This document shows, in pieces, positions 46,188 through 55,681 of a stretch of 64,000 bases of DNA. Each line of letters begins with the position of its first letter. The first letter of the stretch is position 1. The stretch spans positions 99,886-163,885 of the forward strand of contig CAZRGC010000005.1 of assembly GCA_964599625.1 (NCBI GenBank). Direction: 5' to 3'. The stretch comes from an uncultured Gammaproteobacteria bacterium (GTDB lineage Bacteria; Patescibacteriota; Microgenomatia; UBA8517). The notes below the pieces were generated by a model. That model saw nothing but the letters and a program-made list of their open reading frames with translations, was not told the origin of the DNA and did not search any database. A program made the translations under genes and the position numbers.

Positions 46188-46937
46188 GTGGCAAACAGCG
46201 AACGCCCCAGACCGTATTGGCAGGTTGACGTAAAATGGATATTCGGCATCCTTTTTACTGCAGGGCTTTTTTTTTCTACACTTCTTTATTCCCTATCGGT
46301 AGCAACATCTCAAAAAGTATTTGTGCCCATGGCCTCATACTTTGTGGCAACTCAATTCAGCAGAAACGGGTTGGATGATGCAAAAGAAATAGACGAGCTC
46401 AAAAAAAAGTTTTCAGCCAGCCAAAAGGAGATTCGCCCAATTCCCCAAAGCGACGTTGTAATAACACAGGATGATGTTGAAAACCTCACCCCGAGACAAA
46501 TAAGACTAAAAATATTCGAGCAGGTGGTTAATCCCATTTATATGCAAAAAAGAACTTCAGAAACAATGAAACAATATGGTTTTTTGGCTTTTTTGAATTA
46601 TGAATCCAACAAAATAATCAGTGATATATTCAAAATAAGCCTAGTCCCTTTGGTTGTATCCGGAGTAGGGCTTTTTTGGTTTAGTTACAAACACGGGAAA
46701 TTTATTAGTTTTGCAATCGCCTTTCTTCTTAACGGAGTCTTGCCGGCAACATTTTTGTACACCTTAAAACTTTCTTCGGCAGAATCGGGAACAACAACTT
46801 TCCCTGTCGAAATTGTTTCCGCAGTAGTTCCTGCGCTTCTTAAGGTTTATGGCGGGCTGACATTTGCTGGGTTTGTGCTGATTTTGGGTGCGTTTATTGC
46901 CACTAAAGTCGAAAGATCCAGGACCGTGCTAAAATAG
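46188..46937 (+). CDS. Hypothetical membrane protein (4-5 TM)
   Basis: Multiple hydrophobic helices. No motif. Confidence 0.4.
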   Translation: MANSERPRPYWQVDVKWIFGILFTAGLFFSTLLYSLSVATSQKVFVPMASYFVATQFSRNGLDDAKEIDELKKKFSASQKEIRPIPQSDVVITQDDVENLTPRQIRLKIFEQVVNPIYMQKRTSETMKQYGFLAFLNYESNKIISDIFKISLVPLVVSGVGLFWFSYKHGKFISFAIAFLLNGVLPATFLYTLKLSSAESGTTTFPVEIVSAVVPALLKVYGGLTFAGFVLILGAFIATKVERSRTVLK

Positions 46938-46941
46938 CGGC

Positions 46942-47289
46942 ATGACAGAGGCTGAAGTAAATAAAAAAACAAAGGTCAGGTATATAAGAGTGGAATTTGA
47001 CGACTCAAATCCAGAAAACAAAAAGGGAAGGATTGTCAGATTTGTCTCATATACCCCACCAGCTGACATGGATTTTGAAAGCAAAATTTTAATCCATATA
47101 TCGACAAAAGTTTCTTCGCTAGTCGGCCGCGAGAAATACGGCGGTAATATAGCTTCTTTTTCGAATGTATCTGCTCACTTTGTAAAAGATGACCATCTTG
47201 ATTCAATGGTTATTCCCGGCTTGGCCAAAGATGGACAACCACCCCCCACTGTTCGTGAAGTCTGTGAACAGAACAGAATTCTGGATTAA
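46942..47289 (+). CDS. Hypothetical protein
   Basis: 115-aa ORF 4 nt after the preceding gene. Confidence 0.35.
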   Translation: MTEAEVNKKTKVRYIRVEFDDSNPENKKGRIVRFVSYTPPADMDFESKILIHISTKVSSLVGREKYGGNIASFSNVSAHFVKDDHLDSMVIPGLAKDGQPPPTVREVCEQNRILD

Positions 47290-47484
47290 CAAATTCAAGC
47301 CTTCAACTTTACCAGATTTTTTGCAAGCGTTTTGAATCTTTCGCCATCCCTTTGGACAACTGTTACAGTAACTGCCCCGGACTTACTAACATTCATGTCG
47401 CTTACCTCTCCATTTTTGCCAGCATGGACTCCTGCAACAACTTTGCATAGATCACCATTTTTAATTTTCACAAACGTATTATAC

Positions 47485-48105
47485 CTATTCTATTTCCACA
47501 TCCAAACCCCTAAGTAAGGTCATCGCCTCAGGCATTGAGAACTTCGCTTTTTTAATCGTATTGAAGCGCGGATCGATAAAATAGTTTTTGGACAGCCTTA
47601 AATCTGATTTTGTCAGATTAGTCTGAGAAAATATTGTGCTTTCAAAATCACAGTCGGTCATTTGGCTGTCACTCAAATCTGTTCCCGTAAAATCCACCTC
47701 TTTTGCCTCACAAGAAATCATTTTTGTATTGGGAATTTTTAACAGTCGGAAATTGGAGTAATTTACCTGAGATCCTTCAAAAAAAATCCCTTGAAGCCTT
47801 TGTGCTTTTGTCCAATCTGTACCAATAACTTTAGAGTTTTTGAACGAAACATCAACAAAATTTGTGTCTGTAGCGTCCATGGCACTAAGAATACTACTTT
47901 CAAAAGTACACCCCACGAACTTACATCTTATGAATCGGACGTTTACAAAACTGCAATTAAAAAACTTGCATTCTTCAAACTCTTTGTCTTCAAAACTTTC
48001 GCCGTTCACTCCAAGTTTTTCGAATTTGTCTTTAAAATAACTATCTTTATCGAAAGCCATTTTTTGTATTTTACATCCGTTTTGATAACATTTATCTATG
48101 GCCAA
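47485..48105 (-). CDS. Pentapeptide-repeat protein
   Basis: Tandem A(D/N)LxX-type pentapeptides (CKFFNCSFVNVRFIRCKFVGCTFESSIL...). Confidence 0.75.
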   Translation of the reverse strand: MAIDKCYQNGCKIQKMAFDKDSYFKDKFEKLGVNGESFEDKEFEECKFFNCSFVNVRFIRCKFVGCTFESSILSAMDATDTNFVDVSFKNSKVIGTDWTKAQRLQGIFFEGSQVNYSNFRLLKIPNTKMISCEAKEVDFTGTDLSDSQMTDCDFESTIFSQTNLTKSDLRLSKNYFIDPRFNTIKKAKFSMPEAMTLLRGLDVEIE

Positions 48106-48261
48106 AAAGTCTCAGAAAATCGTTTGGAACAAAGTTACGCCACTCTCCAAAGCAATTGCCATGGTGCTTTTTGTTGCACTTCCCTTTATTGGATTCCTTC
48201 TGGGAATGGCCTATCAAAAGAAATTAACCCCTTAGTCGGTTTTTTGCTAAAATAGCACCTA

Positions 48262-48690
48262 ATGGATGCTCAAATAATCGAATTTCTTGACAATCATAGA
48301 ATAGGATGCCTTACAACACTTTTGGGGAACGGCTCACCTCATAGCGCCGCTGTTCATTTTGCAAATTCCGAAGAACCTTTTGCTTTCTATTTTTCCACAG
48401 AAAAAACCACAAAAAAGGTTCAGGGTATGATTTCAGGAAAGGTTGTCCCAGCCTCATTGGTGATCGGTTTCAGCGAAGAAGAATGGAAAACCCTCCAAAT
48501 GAACGGTAATGCCACAATCGCAACAGGAAGAGACCTTGCAGAGGCCCACAAAGTGTATTACACAAAATATCCATCAGGAGAAAAACACAAAGACAACCCC
48601 GATACTGTGTTTATTAAGTTTACCCCCAATTGGTACCGATTTACCGACTACAACCAAAAACCGCCCAACATAGTCACTTCGGAAGACTAA
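48262..48690 (+). CDS. Pyridoxamine 5'-phosphate oxidase-like FMN-binding split-barrel protein
   Basis: IIEFLDNHRIGCLTTLLGNGSPHSAAVHFA is a typical PNPOx-like N-terminus. 142 aa. Confidence 0.65.
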   Translation: MDAQIIEFLDNHRIGCLTTLLGNGSPHSAAVHFANSEEPFAFYFSTEKTTKKVQGMISGKVVPASLVIGFSEEEWKTLQMNGNATIATGRDLAEAHKVYYTKYPSGEKHKDNPDTVFIKFTPNWYRFTDYNQKPPNIVTSED

Positions 48691-49394
48691 TCCTGAGTAA
48701 TCTTTAGTTCAAAAGCTGACTTTTTCTTTGTAAGTTTATCTATCAAGAGTTTGTTTTTCTGATTAGAAGAATGAATGGTGAAAACAATACTCCCCCGGGT
48801 TACACTTCTTTGTTTTATTTCTATACCAATTTCTTCTGTAATACTTTCAACTGTCTTTTGATCTTTCAAGTTCACTTTGATTGTATAAAAATCACCCTTT
48901 AATCCGTATTTATATTGAAGCCTGGCGAGTGGATTAAGTAGTAGTACCAATATTGTTGCAATTCCGGCGGGCAAAAAGAAACCGGCACCAATGGCTATAC
49001 CGATCGCTGCAGCGATCCAGATTGTTGCAGCTGTGGTGACACCCTGAATTTTGCTTCCATTTTTAAGTATTACTCCTGCACCCAAAAAACCTACTCCCGA
49101 AATTACTTGGGCCATCAAACGTGACGGGTCAAGATTGTATAATTTTGAAGCAACTTCCTCGCTAGTTAAAACAACTGCAATGTCCACTGATATTGAGGCC
49201 ATTAAAGCAGATCCCAAACAAACAAGCATTTGTGTTCTTATCCCTGCCGGCTTTCCGCTTATTTCCCTATCGTATCCAATAATTATTCCACACAAAGCCG
49301 CCAAAAAAAGCTTTAGAACTATCGTAAGACTGGAGTCTATTCCAACTACAAACATTGACAGGGAGTTTATCACACTCACTCGTTTGAACTCCAC
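48687..49394 (-). CDS. MgtC/SapB-family membrane protein
   Basis: AALCGIIIGYDREISGKPAGIRTQMLVCLGSAL is the MgtC signature region. Confidence 0.75.
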   Translation of the reverse strand: MEFKRVSVINSLSMFVVGIDSSLTIVLKLFLAALCGIIIGYDREISGKPAGIRTQMLVCLGSALMASISVDIAVVLTSEEVASKLYNLDPSRLMAQVISGVGFLGAGVILKNGSKIQGVTTAATIWIAAAIGIAIGAGFFLPAGIATILVLLLNPLARLQYKYGLKGDFYTIKVNLKDQKTVESITEEIGIEIKQRSVTRGSIVFTIHSSNQKNKLLIDKLTKKKSAFELKITQD

Positions 49395-49699
49395 TTGTCA
49401 AGTTCTTTTAGAACACGTCCCAAAGACACCCCTCTTGGTGTTATAGAATATTCAACTTTTGGAGGGATAACGGCATATGCTTTTCGTTTAACCAGACCGT
49501 CTTTTTCCAAATCTTTTAAGCTTTGTGAAAGCATCTTCTGGGTTACATCGGGAATGTTTTTTTCCAGATCGGAAAAACGAAGCGTTGATTGTGACAGATA
49601 CCACAAAATGACTAGCTTCCATTTTCCACCTATTATTTTTAGTGTTTTATCCAGATTGCAGGCTGCGACTGGTTTTAATTCATTACTTACTTTTTTCAT
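49376..49699 (-). CDS. HxlR-family transcriptional regulator
   Basis: CNLDKTLKIIGGKWKLVILWYL...LEKDGLVKRKAY is the canonical HxlR winged helix. Confidence 0.8.
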   Translation of the reverse strand: MKKVSNELKPVAACNLDKTLKIIGGKWKLVILWYLSQSTLRFSDLEKNIPDVTQKMLSQSLKDLEKDGLVKRKAYAVIPPKVEYSITPRGVSLGRVLKELDKWSSNE

Positions 49700-49759
49700 A
49701 CCTAATTTACAAAAAGTGTGTACTTGTAATAAGTATACTATCAGTTTTAAGATAATGCC

Positions 49760-50377
49760 ATGTCATTTACAAATCTTGCAGACCAAAAGATGGTCGAAAA
49801 AACAAAAAAAGGTCTTGAAAATAAGGGCTATGAAGTGATCGAGACAAAAAATGGTAAAGAGGCCTTAGAACATATCAAAAATCTTGTTCCAAAAGGCAAA
49901 AGTGTCATGAACGGGGCTTCCACCACACTTAATCAAATAGGTTTTACCGAGTACTTGAAGTCAGACAAGCATGATTGGAACAACCTTCATAGCAAAATTG
50001 TTGCTGAAACAGATCCCGAAAAACAATCAAAGTTAAGAAAAGACGCACTGTCTTCAGATTATTACTTTGGTAGCGTTCACGCACTCACCCAGGATGGTAG
50101 ATTTATTATAGCCAGCAATACCGGGAGTCAACTTCCACATATCGTGTTCAGTTCTTCCAATCTTATATTTGTGGTTAGTACCAAAAAAATTGTGGAAAAC
50201 ATAGATAAAGGGATGGAAAGGTTGGAAAAACACGTCATTCCTTTGGAGGACCAAAGAATGCAAAAAGCCTATGGAGTAAGCACTAATCCCAGCAAGGTTC
50301 TTCTTTTTAATGCTGAGCCGGCGATGCTTGGGCGCAAGATAACGTTTATATTGGTGGGGGAAGATCTGGGTTTCTAA
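49760..50377 (+). CDS. LUD-domain (LutC/YkgG-like, DUF162) protein
   Basis: Length and the YYFGSVHALTQDGRFIIASNTGSQLP segment fit the LUD domain. Divergent from the HxlR gene. Confidence 0.6.
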   Translation: MSFTNLADQKMVEKTKKGLENKGYEVIETKNGKEALEHIKNLVPKGKSVMNGASTTLNQIGFTEYLKSDKHDWNNLHSKIVAETDPEKQSKLRKDALSSDYYFGSVHALTQDGRFIIASNTGSQLPHIVFSSSNLIFVVSTKKIVENIDKGMERLEKHVIPLEDQRMQKAYGVSTNPSKVLLFNAEPAMLGRKITFILVGEDLGF

Positions 50378-50380
50378 AAA

Positions 50381-50818
50381 CTACACAAACACCCCGTTAT
50401 AATTACAAATAACCTGCCATACAGTTGTGGCGACAGGTTTTTCTTTGATTTTTTTGAGATACTCCTTTACCTGCAGCGGCGAGGATGTGTTTTTCTCGGT
50501 CAAGAGGTCCTCGATCAGCTCCTCAATTATTTGCGGTTGTTCTTTTTTTTGCCAACCACCATCTTCAACAATTCTTTCCAAACGCTTTATAAACCTTCCC
50601 TGTCTGGCCTCGGGATAAACAGGCGGCTGTGCCTTGATCCATTCCAAAACGTTGGCCCCGGTAGCGGCAAGTTCAAGTTTGCCAGCACCGTTTCTAATCA
50701 AAAGCTCACCTGCAGCCATTATGTGGTCTTTTCCGTTTTCGGCTATTTCCGGCACATCAGCATGTACACTTTCGTAAAATTGTTCTGCTGTGGGTGGGGT
50801 TGCAAGTAATGACTCCAT
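50381..50818 (-). CDS. Hypothetical protein, last gene of the citryl-CoA synthetase/lyase-like operon
   Basis: 145 aa, no motif. 16 nt downstream of the lyase-like gene on the same strand. Confidence 0.4.
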   Translation of the reverse strand: MESLLATPPTAEQFYESVHADVPEIAENGKDHIMAAGELLIRNGAGKLELAATGANVLEWIKAQPPVYPEARQGRFIKRLERIVEDGGWQKKEQPQIIEELIEDLLTEKNTSSPLQVKEYLKKIKEKPVATTVWQVICNYNGVFV

Positions 50819-50834
50819 AAGTAATTATATCAAT

Positions 50835-51500
50835 TCACCCTTTTGCGTTTAAAAACTGTGCACAAAGGCCCGGAGTGCGCGCCGCCAAAAACACAGCCTT
50901 CCCTGCTTTTGCATCCCAACCAAACGTACAGAGAATTGCCGCAATGGAGCCATCGATATTGACGGGTAGATCTTTTCCTTTGGCTTCTTTGAGTTCTTTT
51001 ACAATTTCTTCGGCAAGCTCAATATAGTACTGAGAGAGTTTATACTCTCGTGTCATTTCGAATAGAAGCTTAGATCGGGGATCTACTTTGTAAATCCTGT
51101 GGCCAAACCCCGGAATTCGTCTGTCCAATGAAAGGTATTCCCTGACTACCACCTTGGGGCTTAGCTTTTCTTTTTTGATTCTATAAAAAAGCTCCATACA
51201 GGGTTCGATTGCGCCCCCGTGATAGTCGTTAATTTGCAAAATTCCTGCTGCAACTGCCTGTGTAATAAGCTTGCCCTCTTTTGCTTTCTTTATTACCTCT
51301 ATTGCAGATGGGGTTTCTGGGCCGTGGTCGATTGAAATATTAAGAATTGTTTCAAAAAGCTTAAGCTCATTTTCTTTGGGAGCCTTTCCCGAAAGCGTTT
51401 CAAATATCATCGCGGCAAAACTCCGCTTGGAGGCAATATCTAAAAGTTTTTCCTTTCCAAAATAGGGCTGTTCCTTTTTGTGAGTTACTGTTTTTGTCAT
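50835..51500 (-). CDS. Citrate-synthase-fold minimal lyase domain (citryl-CoA lyase-like / ATP-citrate lyase C-terminal-like)
   Basis: ISIDHGPETPSA (LHADHE-like His), YHGGAIEP (HGGA) and RIPGFGHRIYKVDPR (the GFGHRVYK..DPR citrate synthase signature). 221 aa, the C-terminal catalytic half only. Confidence 0.6.
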   Translation of the reverse strand: MTKTVTHKKEQPYFGKEKLLDIASKRSFAAMIFETLSGKAPKENELKLFETILNISIDHGPETPSAIEVIKKAKEGKLITQAVAAGILQINDYHGGAIEPCMELFYRIKKEKLSPKVVVREYLSLDRRIPGFGHRIYKVDPRSKLLFEMTREYKLSQYYIELAEEIVKELKEAKGKDLPVNIDGSIAAILCTFGWDAKAGKAVFLAARTPGLCAQFLNAKG

Positions 51501-51512
51501 CTTATATAGCTA

Positions 51513-52424
51513 TTATATTGCCTTTTTGAGTATTCCCGGAATATCGTCAAAATTTTCGGCTACAAATACTCCACCGTCTTTTAACGCTTTGCGTTTTTCC
51601 GAAGGCAACCCCTTTTTGCCTTCAATAATCGCTCCCGCGTGTCCAAACTGAACATCGTTGGGTAGTGTTGTTGTAAACTCTCCTGCTATAAAGGCTACAA
51701 CAGGTTTTTTTATTTTTCCTTTTTTAACCAGCTCGGCAACACGTTCTTCATAGGTTCCACCAAGCTCCCCAAATATCACAGATGCCTTTGTTTCCTTATC
51801 ATTCTCCAAAGCAAGAAGCATGTCAGAAAAATCAGTGGAAATAATTCTATCTCCTCCAATTCCCACTGCCCAAGAGACACCTAAACCATGGTTTTTCAAA
51901 AGTAGTCCGATTTCAGATGTCATTCCACCGGACTTGGATATAACTGCCACACTGCCATCTACAAAAACCCTGGAAGGATCGGCTCCACCAATCGGACCAA
52001 TCTTAATTTTTTTGGAAGGACTTATTATTCCAACAGAGCTCGGACCAATTACTGATGCGTTTTTTCTCTTTGCATACTCGTATATAACAGCAGAATCACG
52101 TGTTGGAACTTTTTCTGCACCTATTAATGTAAATTTGATTCCTGCGTCCAAAGCTTCAACTGCAGCCATTAGCGCATAGACAGGAGGAACAAATTGAACA
52201 GATCCGTCTACCATTCCAACTTCTGCAATCGCTTCCTTAACTGTGTTGAAAATGGGAATACCCAAGCCCTGCCTGCCGGCAGACAGGATCTGTCCACCTT
52301 TACCTGGGGTAACACCTGCGACAATATTTGTTCCATAGTTGATCATATGAGGCAACGACTTGGAACCCTCGTCACCGGTTATACCCTGCCCCAATATTCT
52401 CGCGTTATTTGGTAGTAGTAGCAT
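51513..52424 (-). CDS. Succinyl-CoA-synthetase-alpha-like CoA-binding/phosphohistidine subunit (CcsB/AclA-N-like)
   Basis: GQGITGDEGSKSLPHMINYGTNIVAGVTPGKGGQ (CoA-binding) and the phosphohistidine motif FGHAGAIIEG. Confidence 0.75.
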   Translation of the reverse strand: MLLLPNNARILGQGITGDEGSKSLPHMINYGTNIVAGVTPGKGGQILSAGRQGLGIPIFNTVKEAIAEVGMVDGSVQFVPPVYALMAAVEALDAGIKFTLIGAEKVPTRDSAVIYEYAKRKNASVIGPSSVGIISPSKKIKIGPIGGADPSRVFVDGSVAVISKSGGMTSEIGLLLKNHGLGVSWAVGIGGDRIISTDFSDMLLALENDKETKASVIFGELGGTYEERVAELVKKGKIKKPVVAFIAGEFTTTLPNDVQFGHAGAIIEGKKGLPSEKRKALKDGGVFVAENFDDIPGILKKAI

Positions 52425-53559
52425 AGTTCTTTGCTTCTTTTGCCATTATGGCGGCCGATTCAGTAATGGAAATTTCCTGTCCGTACAAATGCAAATCGAA
52501 GTCTTTTACTTTTTTGAGCATCTCAAACGCCTCCTTGTCCCGCGGCCCACCCCGTCTTATGACAATTGGGAATTTGGGTTTTGGAGAAACTTTTCTAAGC
52601 GCTTCAATAAACCCCGAAAGTGTCTCGTAAATATCGGTAAAATTGGCAACAGCACCAACAACCCAAAGTCCGCTAATACCGTTTTTAGAAAGAACAATTT
52701 TTGTGAGCTTTTCCACCTTTTCTTTCGGTGGATTCCCTGAATATTCAGTGTAGTTACTTGGCGCTCCGCCAGCATTTATTAACGCATCCATTGCGGTTAA
52801 AGAAGCTCCACCACCCGACGCCAAAACGGCAATATCACCCGGTAGATCAAAATATGTTGACCCAGCAGTTCCCCTGTAGTCACCTTCGTCAATCTTTTTG
52901 GCGGCGATTTCTCTTTCGGTTGGAACATAGCCGGGAATAGCCCTTGGCGCAAAACTTAGCTCTGGGTGTCTTGCAAGTGCGGTGTCGTCAGTTTTAATTT
53001 TTGCATCAAGAGCCCACACCTCCCCGCTTTTATCCAACACCAATGGGTTTACTTCCAGAAGTAACAAATCGAGTTTAAAAAACATAAAAATCATTTTGTC
53101 GACGGCGCCTGCCACTTTTGCATCGATTTTTTGTTTTCCAAAATCTACTGAATAATTAATGGGGTCAACCTTGAAAATCTTTGCTCCTCTTTTTTCAATA
53201 TCTGTGCCACCAGACTCAGAAAAAGAAAGCACTGGCCCACGGGTAATGGTGTCATAGGACATTGACACATAATAAGCTTTTTTGACATCAACTCTGCTTT
53301 CCACCAAAAGCGAGGCAACAACTTCTTTGTTTATTTCTTTTCCCAGAATATCTTTGATTACTCTATCAACTTCCTTTTTGTCAGAAACTTCCACAATTCC
53401 ACCCACATCTTTCCTTTTTCCGGAAAGGGTCTGTGCCTTAACAAAGAAGGGTATATTTATGTTTATTTTGTCTTTTTTTGACCTTACCAACTGGGAGTTA
53501 GGTACGTTTAGACCAAACTTGGAAAGAAGCTCTTTGCCTTCGTATTCGTATAAAATCAC
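52405..53559 (-). CDS. Succinyl-CoA-synthetase-beta-like ATP-grasp subunit (CcsA/AclB-like)
   Basis: (M)ILYEYEGKELLSKFGLNVP parallels the SucC N-terminus MNLHEYQAKQLF. ATP-grasp then ligase-CoA domain. Start re-assigned to a GTG at 53559; the ORF-track upstream extension has no ATG. Confidence 0.7.
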   Translation of the reverse strand: MILYEYEGKELLSKFGLNVPNSQLVRSKKDKININIPFFVKAQTLSGKRKDVGGIVEVSDKKEVDRVIKDILGKEINKEVVASLLVESRVDVKKAYYVSMSYDTITRGPVLSFSESGGTDIEKRGAKIFKVDPINYSVDFGKQKIDAKVAGAVDKMIFMFFKLDLLLLEVNPLVLDKSGEVWALDAKIKTDDTALARHPELSFAPRAIPGYVPTEREIAAKKIDEGDYRGTAGSTYFDLPGDIAVLASGGGASLTAMDALINAGGAPSNYTEYSGNPPKEKVEKLTKIVLSKNGISGLWVVGAVANFTDIYETLSGFIEALRKVSPKPKFPIVIRRGGPRDKEAFEMLKKVKDFDLHLYGQEISITESAAIMAKEAKNYATTTK

Positions 53560-53638
53560 CGTTAAATAATAACGGCAAAGCTGTTTTTTGGCAATATAAG
53601 TTGAAATTGCGGCAAAAGTAGGAGTACAATCCCCCTTT

Positions 53639-54334
53639 ATGAGAGAAAGAGAACTTATCAAACGTTTTGAGGGCATGCAAATTAGGTTTGATGAACCAAA
53701 TTTTACAGAATTGGTCCAACTTCCCAAGGTTGTTGAAAGCATGGATACTTTCTGGGATAAACACGACATTCTTTTGGGTATGCATACCGACATGCTAGGG
53801 GCACTTGTCGACGCATTGGGTTCATTCAGGGATCAAACAAGGGAAAACTTGTACATTCAAGGGCGTGTGTTAACCGACGATCAAAACTGGAAACTGAGAA
53901 GCAGTCCTTTGTGGAGTTTTTTCTGGGAGGGTAGAGCTTATAGAGCTGAGGGTTACAACCAAAGGGCTGTTGCGAGGTATATTTTCCCCAAAGACACGAG
54001 GCTTACAGAAGAAGATGTAAGAAAATACGAAAAAATGGTTTTTAGTCCTGAAACAACTCAAAAAAAACTCAGGCATAAAGTGGGATGGTTTAATGCTCAG
54101 TCAATACTGGACTCACCTTCGTACAGCAGGTATGGCCCCAACTCACTCCAATCAATCTTGGGGGCATGCAATCAATTCAAAGTCGGTTCAGACACGCTTT
54201 CACCAAGAATCCTTCAACTTGTAAGAGGCCGATTTATCGAATATTTTAGGGATAAACACATGATAGTAAAGATCGATAAGCGTTGGCTTGAAGAAACAAA
54301 ACTCGAACTCGTATCAAGAATTTTTAGAATTTGA
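53639..54334 (+). CDS. Hypothetical protein
   Basis: 231-aa ORF divergent from the ATP-grasp gene. No motif. Confidence 0.4.
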   Translation: MRERELIKRFEGMQIRFDEPNFTELVQLPKVVESMDTFWDKHDILLGMHTDMLGALVDALGSFRDQTRENLYIQGRVLTDDQNWKLRSSPLWSFFWEGRAYRAEGYNQRAVARYIFPKDTRLTEEDVRKYEKMVFSPETTQKKLRHKVGWFNAQSILDSPSYSRYGPNSLQSILGACNQFKVGSDTLSPRILQLVRGRFIEYFRDKHMIVKIDKRWLEETKLELVSRIFRI

Positions 54335-54502
54335 GGCCTCAACCTGGCTACGAATCCTATCCATTATGGCTTCGACCACTTCGTTAACAGTTAACTCAAC
54401 GGCTTCTCTGTATTCAGCAATTTTCGGTGGGTCTTCCAATAGTCCTTTTGCCGCAATGGTCACTCTTGGTGTGGAGTAAGTTGTACGCAGTCTTTCTGAC
54501 AT
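54314..54502 (-). CDS. Hypothetical small protein downstream of rpoD
   Basis: 62-aa ORF starting at the rpoD stop. Weak support. Confidence 0.25.
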   Translation of the reverse strand: MSERLRTTYSTPRVTIAAKGLLEDPPKIAEYREAVELTVNEVVEAIMDRIRSQVEASNSKNS

Positions 54503-55581
54503 TAATCAAGATAATCCTGTAGCTTCTTCCTTCTGCTGGGATGTTTGAGTTTTCTAAGGGCTTTCGCTTCGATTTGTCTTATACGCTCTCTTGTGACACC
54601 AAATACTTTTCCGACTTCTTCAAGAGTCATTGCCTTGCTGCCTTCCAAACCAAATCTGAGCTTGAGAACTTTGGATTCTCTTTCGGAAAGTGTGCCCAAA
54701 ACTTCGTCTAAATGGTCCTTGAGAAGCTGCTTACTTGCCTGGTCCACAGGTGAAAGTGTATTTTCGTCGGGAATAAAGTCACCAAGGAATGATTCCTGGT
54801 CTTCACCAACAGGCGCTTCCAAAGAAGTTGTTTCCTGGGCAATCTTGAAAATCTCACGAACTCTTTCGGCATCCAACTCCAATTCTTCACCTATCTCCTC
54901 AGGGGTAGGTTCGCGTCCAAGCTCCTGCATGAGACGCCTTGAGGTCCTATAGAGCTTGTTGATTGTCTCAACCATGTGAACAGGAATACGGATTGTTCTA
55001 GCCTGGTCTGCGATGGCGCGGGTAATGGCCTGGCGAATCCACCAAGTAGCATAGGTGGAAAACTTGTAGCCTTTTCTCCAGTCGTACTTCTCGACTGCAC
55101 GAATAAGGCCTTGATTGCCTTCTTGGATAAGGTCGAGTAGGGAAAGTCCGCGACCAATGTATTTTTTGGCAATGGAGACGACCAGCCTTAAGTTGCTCTC
55201 AGTAAGCTTATCCTTGGCACGTTTGTCTGCTTTTTCGTATCTTTTGGCAAGTTCAACCTCTTCCTCAGCAGACAAAAGTGGCACACGGCCAATTTCTCTG
55301 AGATATTGTCTGACTGGGTCTGTGGACTCAATTCCTTCAAGTTTTGTAAGAAGTTCTATCTCACGGTCAAGTTTTTCTTTGGCTTTTTCGTCGGATTCGA
55401 TCTCGCCGGGACTCACAGACTCAAAAACGTCAATTCCTTCTGCAAGAAGTTTCTCGTAAAGATCGTCAAGTTCGACAACTCTCTCTTCGGCATCAGGAAA
55501 AATCTCCAAGATTTCCTCTTGGGTCAAAAATCCCTGCTCTCTTCCTTTTTTGATTAAATCCAGTACAGGCTTTCTGATCAT
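54502..55581 (-). CDS. rpoD: RNA polymerase primary sigma factor (sigma-70 family)
   Basis: Region 1.2 [16 protein letters not shown], region 2 [18 protein letters not shown], region 4 [20 protein letters not shown]. Confidence 0.9.
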   Translation of the reverse strand: MIRKPVLDLIKKGREQGFLTQEEILEIFPDAEERVVELDDLYEKLLAEGIDVFESVSPGEIESDEKAKEKLDREIELLTKLEGIESTDPVRQYLREIGRVPLLSAEEEVELAKRYEKADKRAKDKLTESNLRLVVSIAKKYIGRGLSLLDLIQEGNQGLIRAVEKYDWRKGYKFSTYATWWIRQAITRAIADQARTIRIPVHMVETINKLYRTSRRLMQELGREPTPEEIGEELELDAERVREIFKIAQETTSLEAPVGEDQESFLGDFIPDENTLSPVDQASKQLLKDHLDEVLGTLSERESKVLKLRFGLEGSKAMTLEEVGKVFGVTRERIRQIEAKALRKLKHPSRRKKLQDYLD

Positions 55582-55681
55582 ATTAGTAAAATTCCGAAGC
55601 TAAAAGCTTCGTCTTTTGGCTCTGTGTTCAAGGTTTCCTTGAAATACATAGTAAAACAAAAATCCCGACTAAAAGGCACAA

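Noticed and set aside
51513-53559. Reading the ATP-grasp/CoA-binding pair as ordinary succinyl-CoA synthetase (sucCD)
   Set aside because: Possible on the two proteins alone. The co-transcribed citrate-synthase-fold lyase domain and the absence of any other TCA gene make the citryl-CoA/ATP-citrate-lyase-like reading more parsimonious. The sucCD alternative is kept as what would refute that finding.
53560-53793. N-terminal 78-aa extension of the ATP-grasp ORF in the ORF track
   Set aside because: Contains no ATG and precedes the conserved SucC-like N-terminus. A GTG immediately before ILYEYEG gives a protein of normal length.
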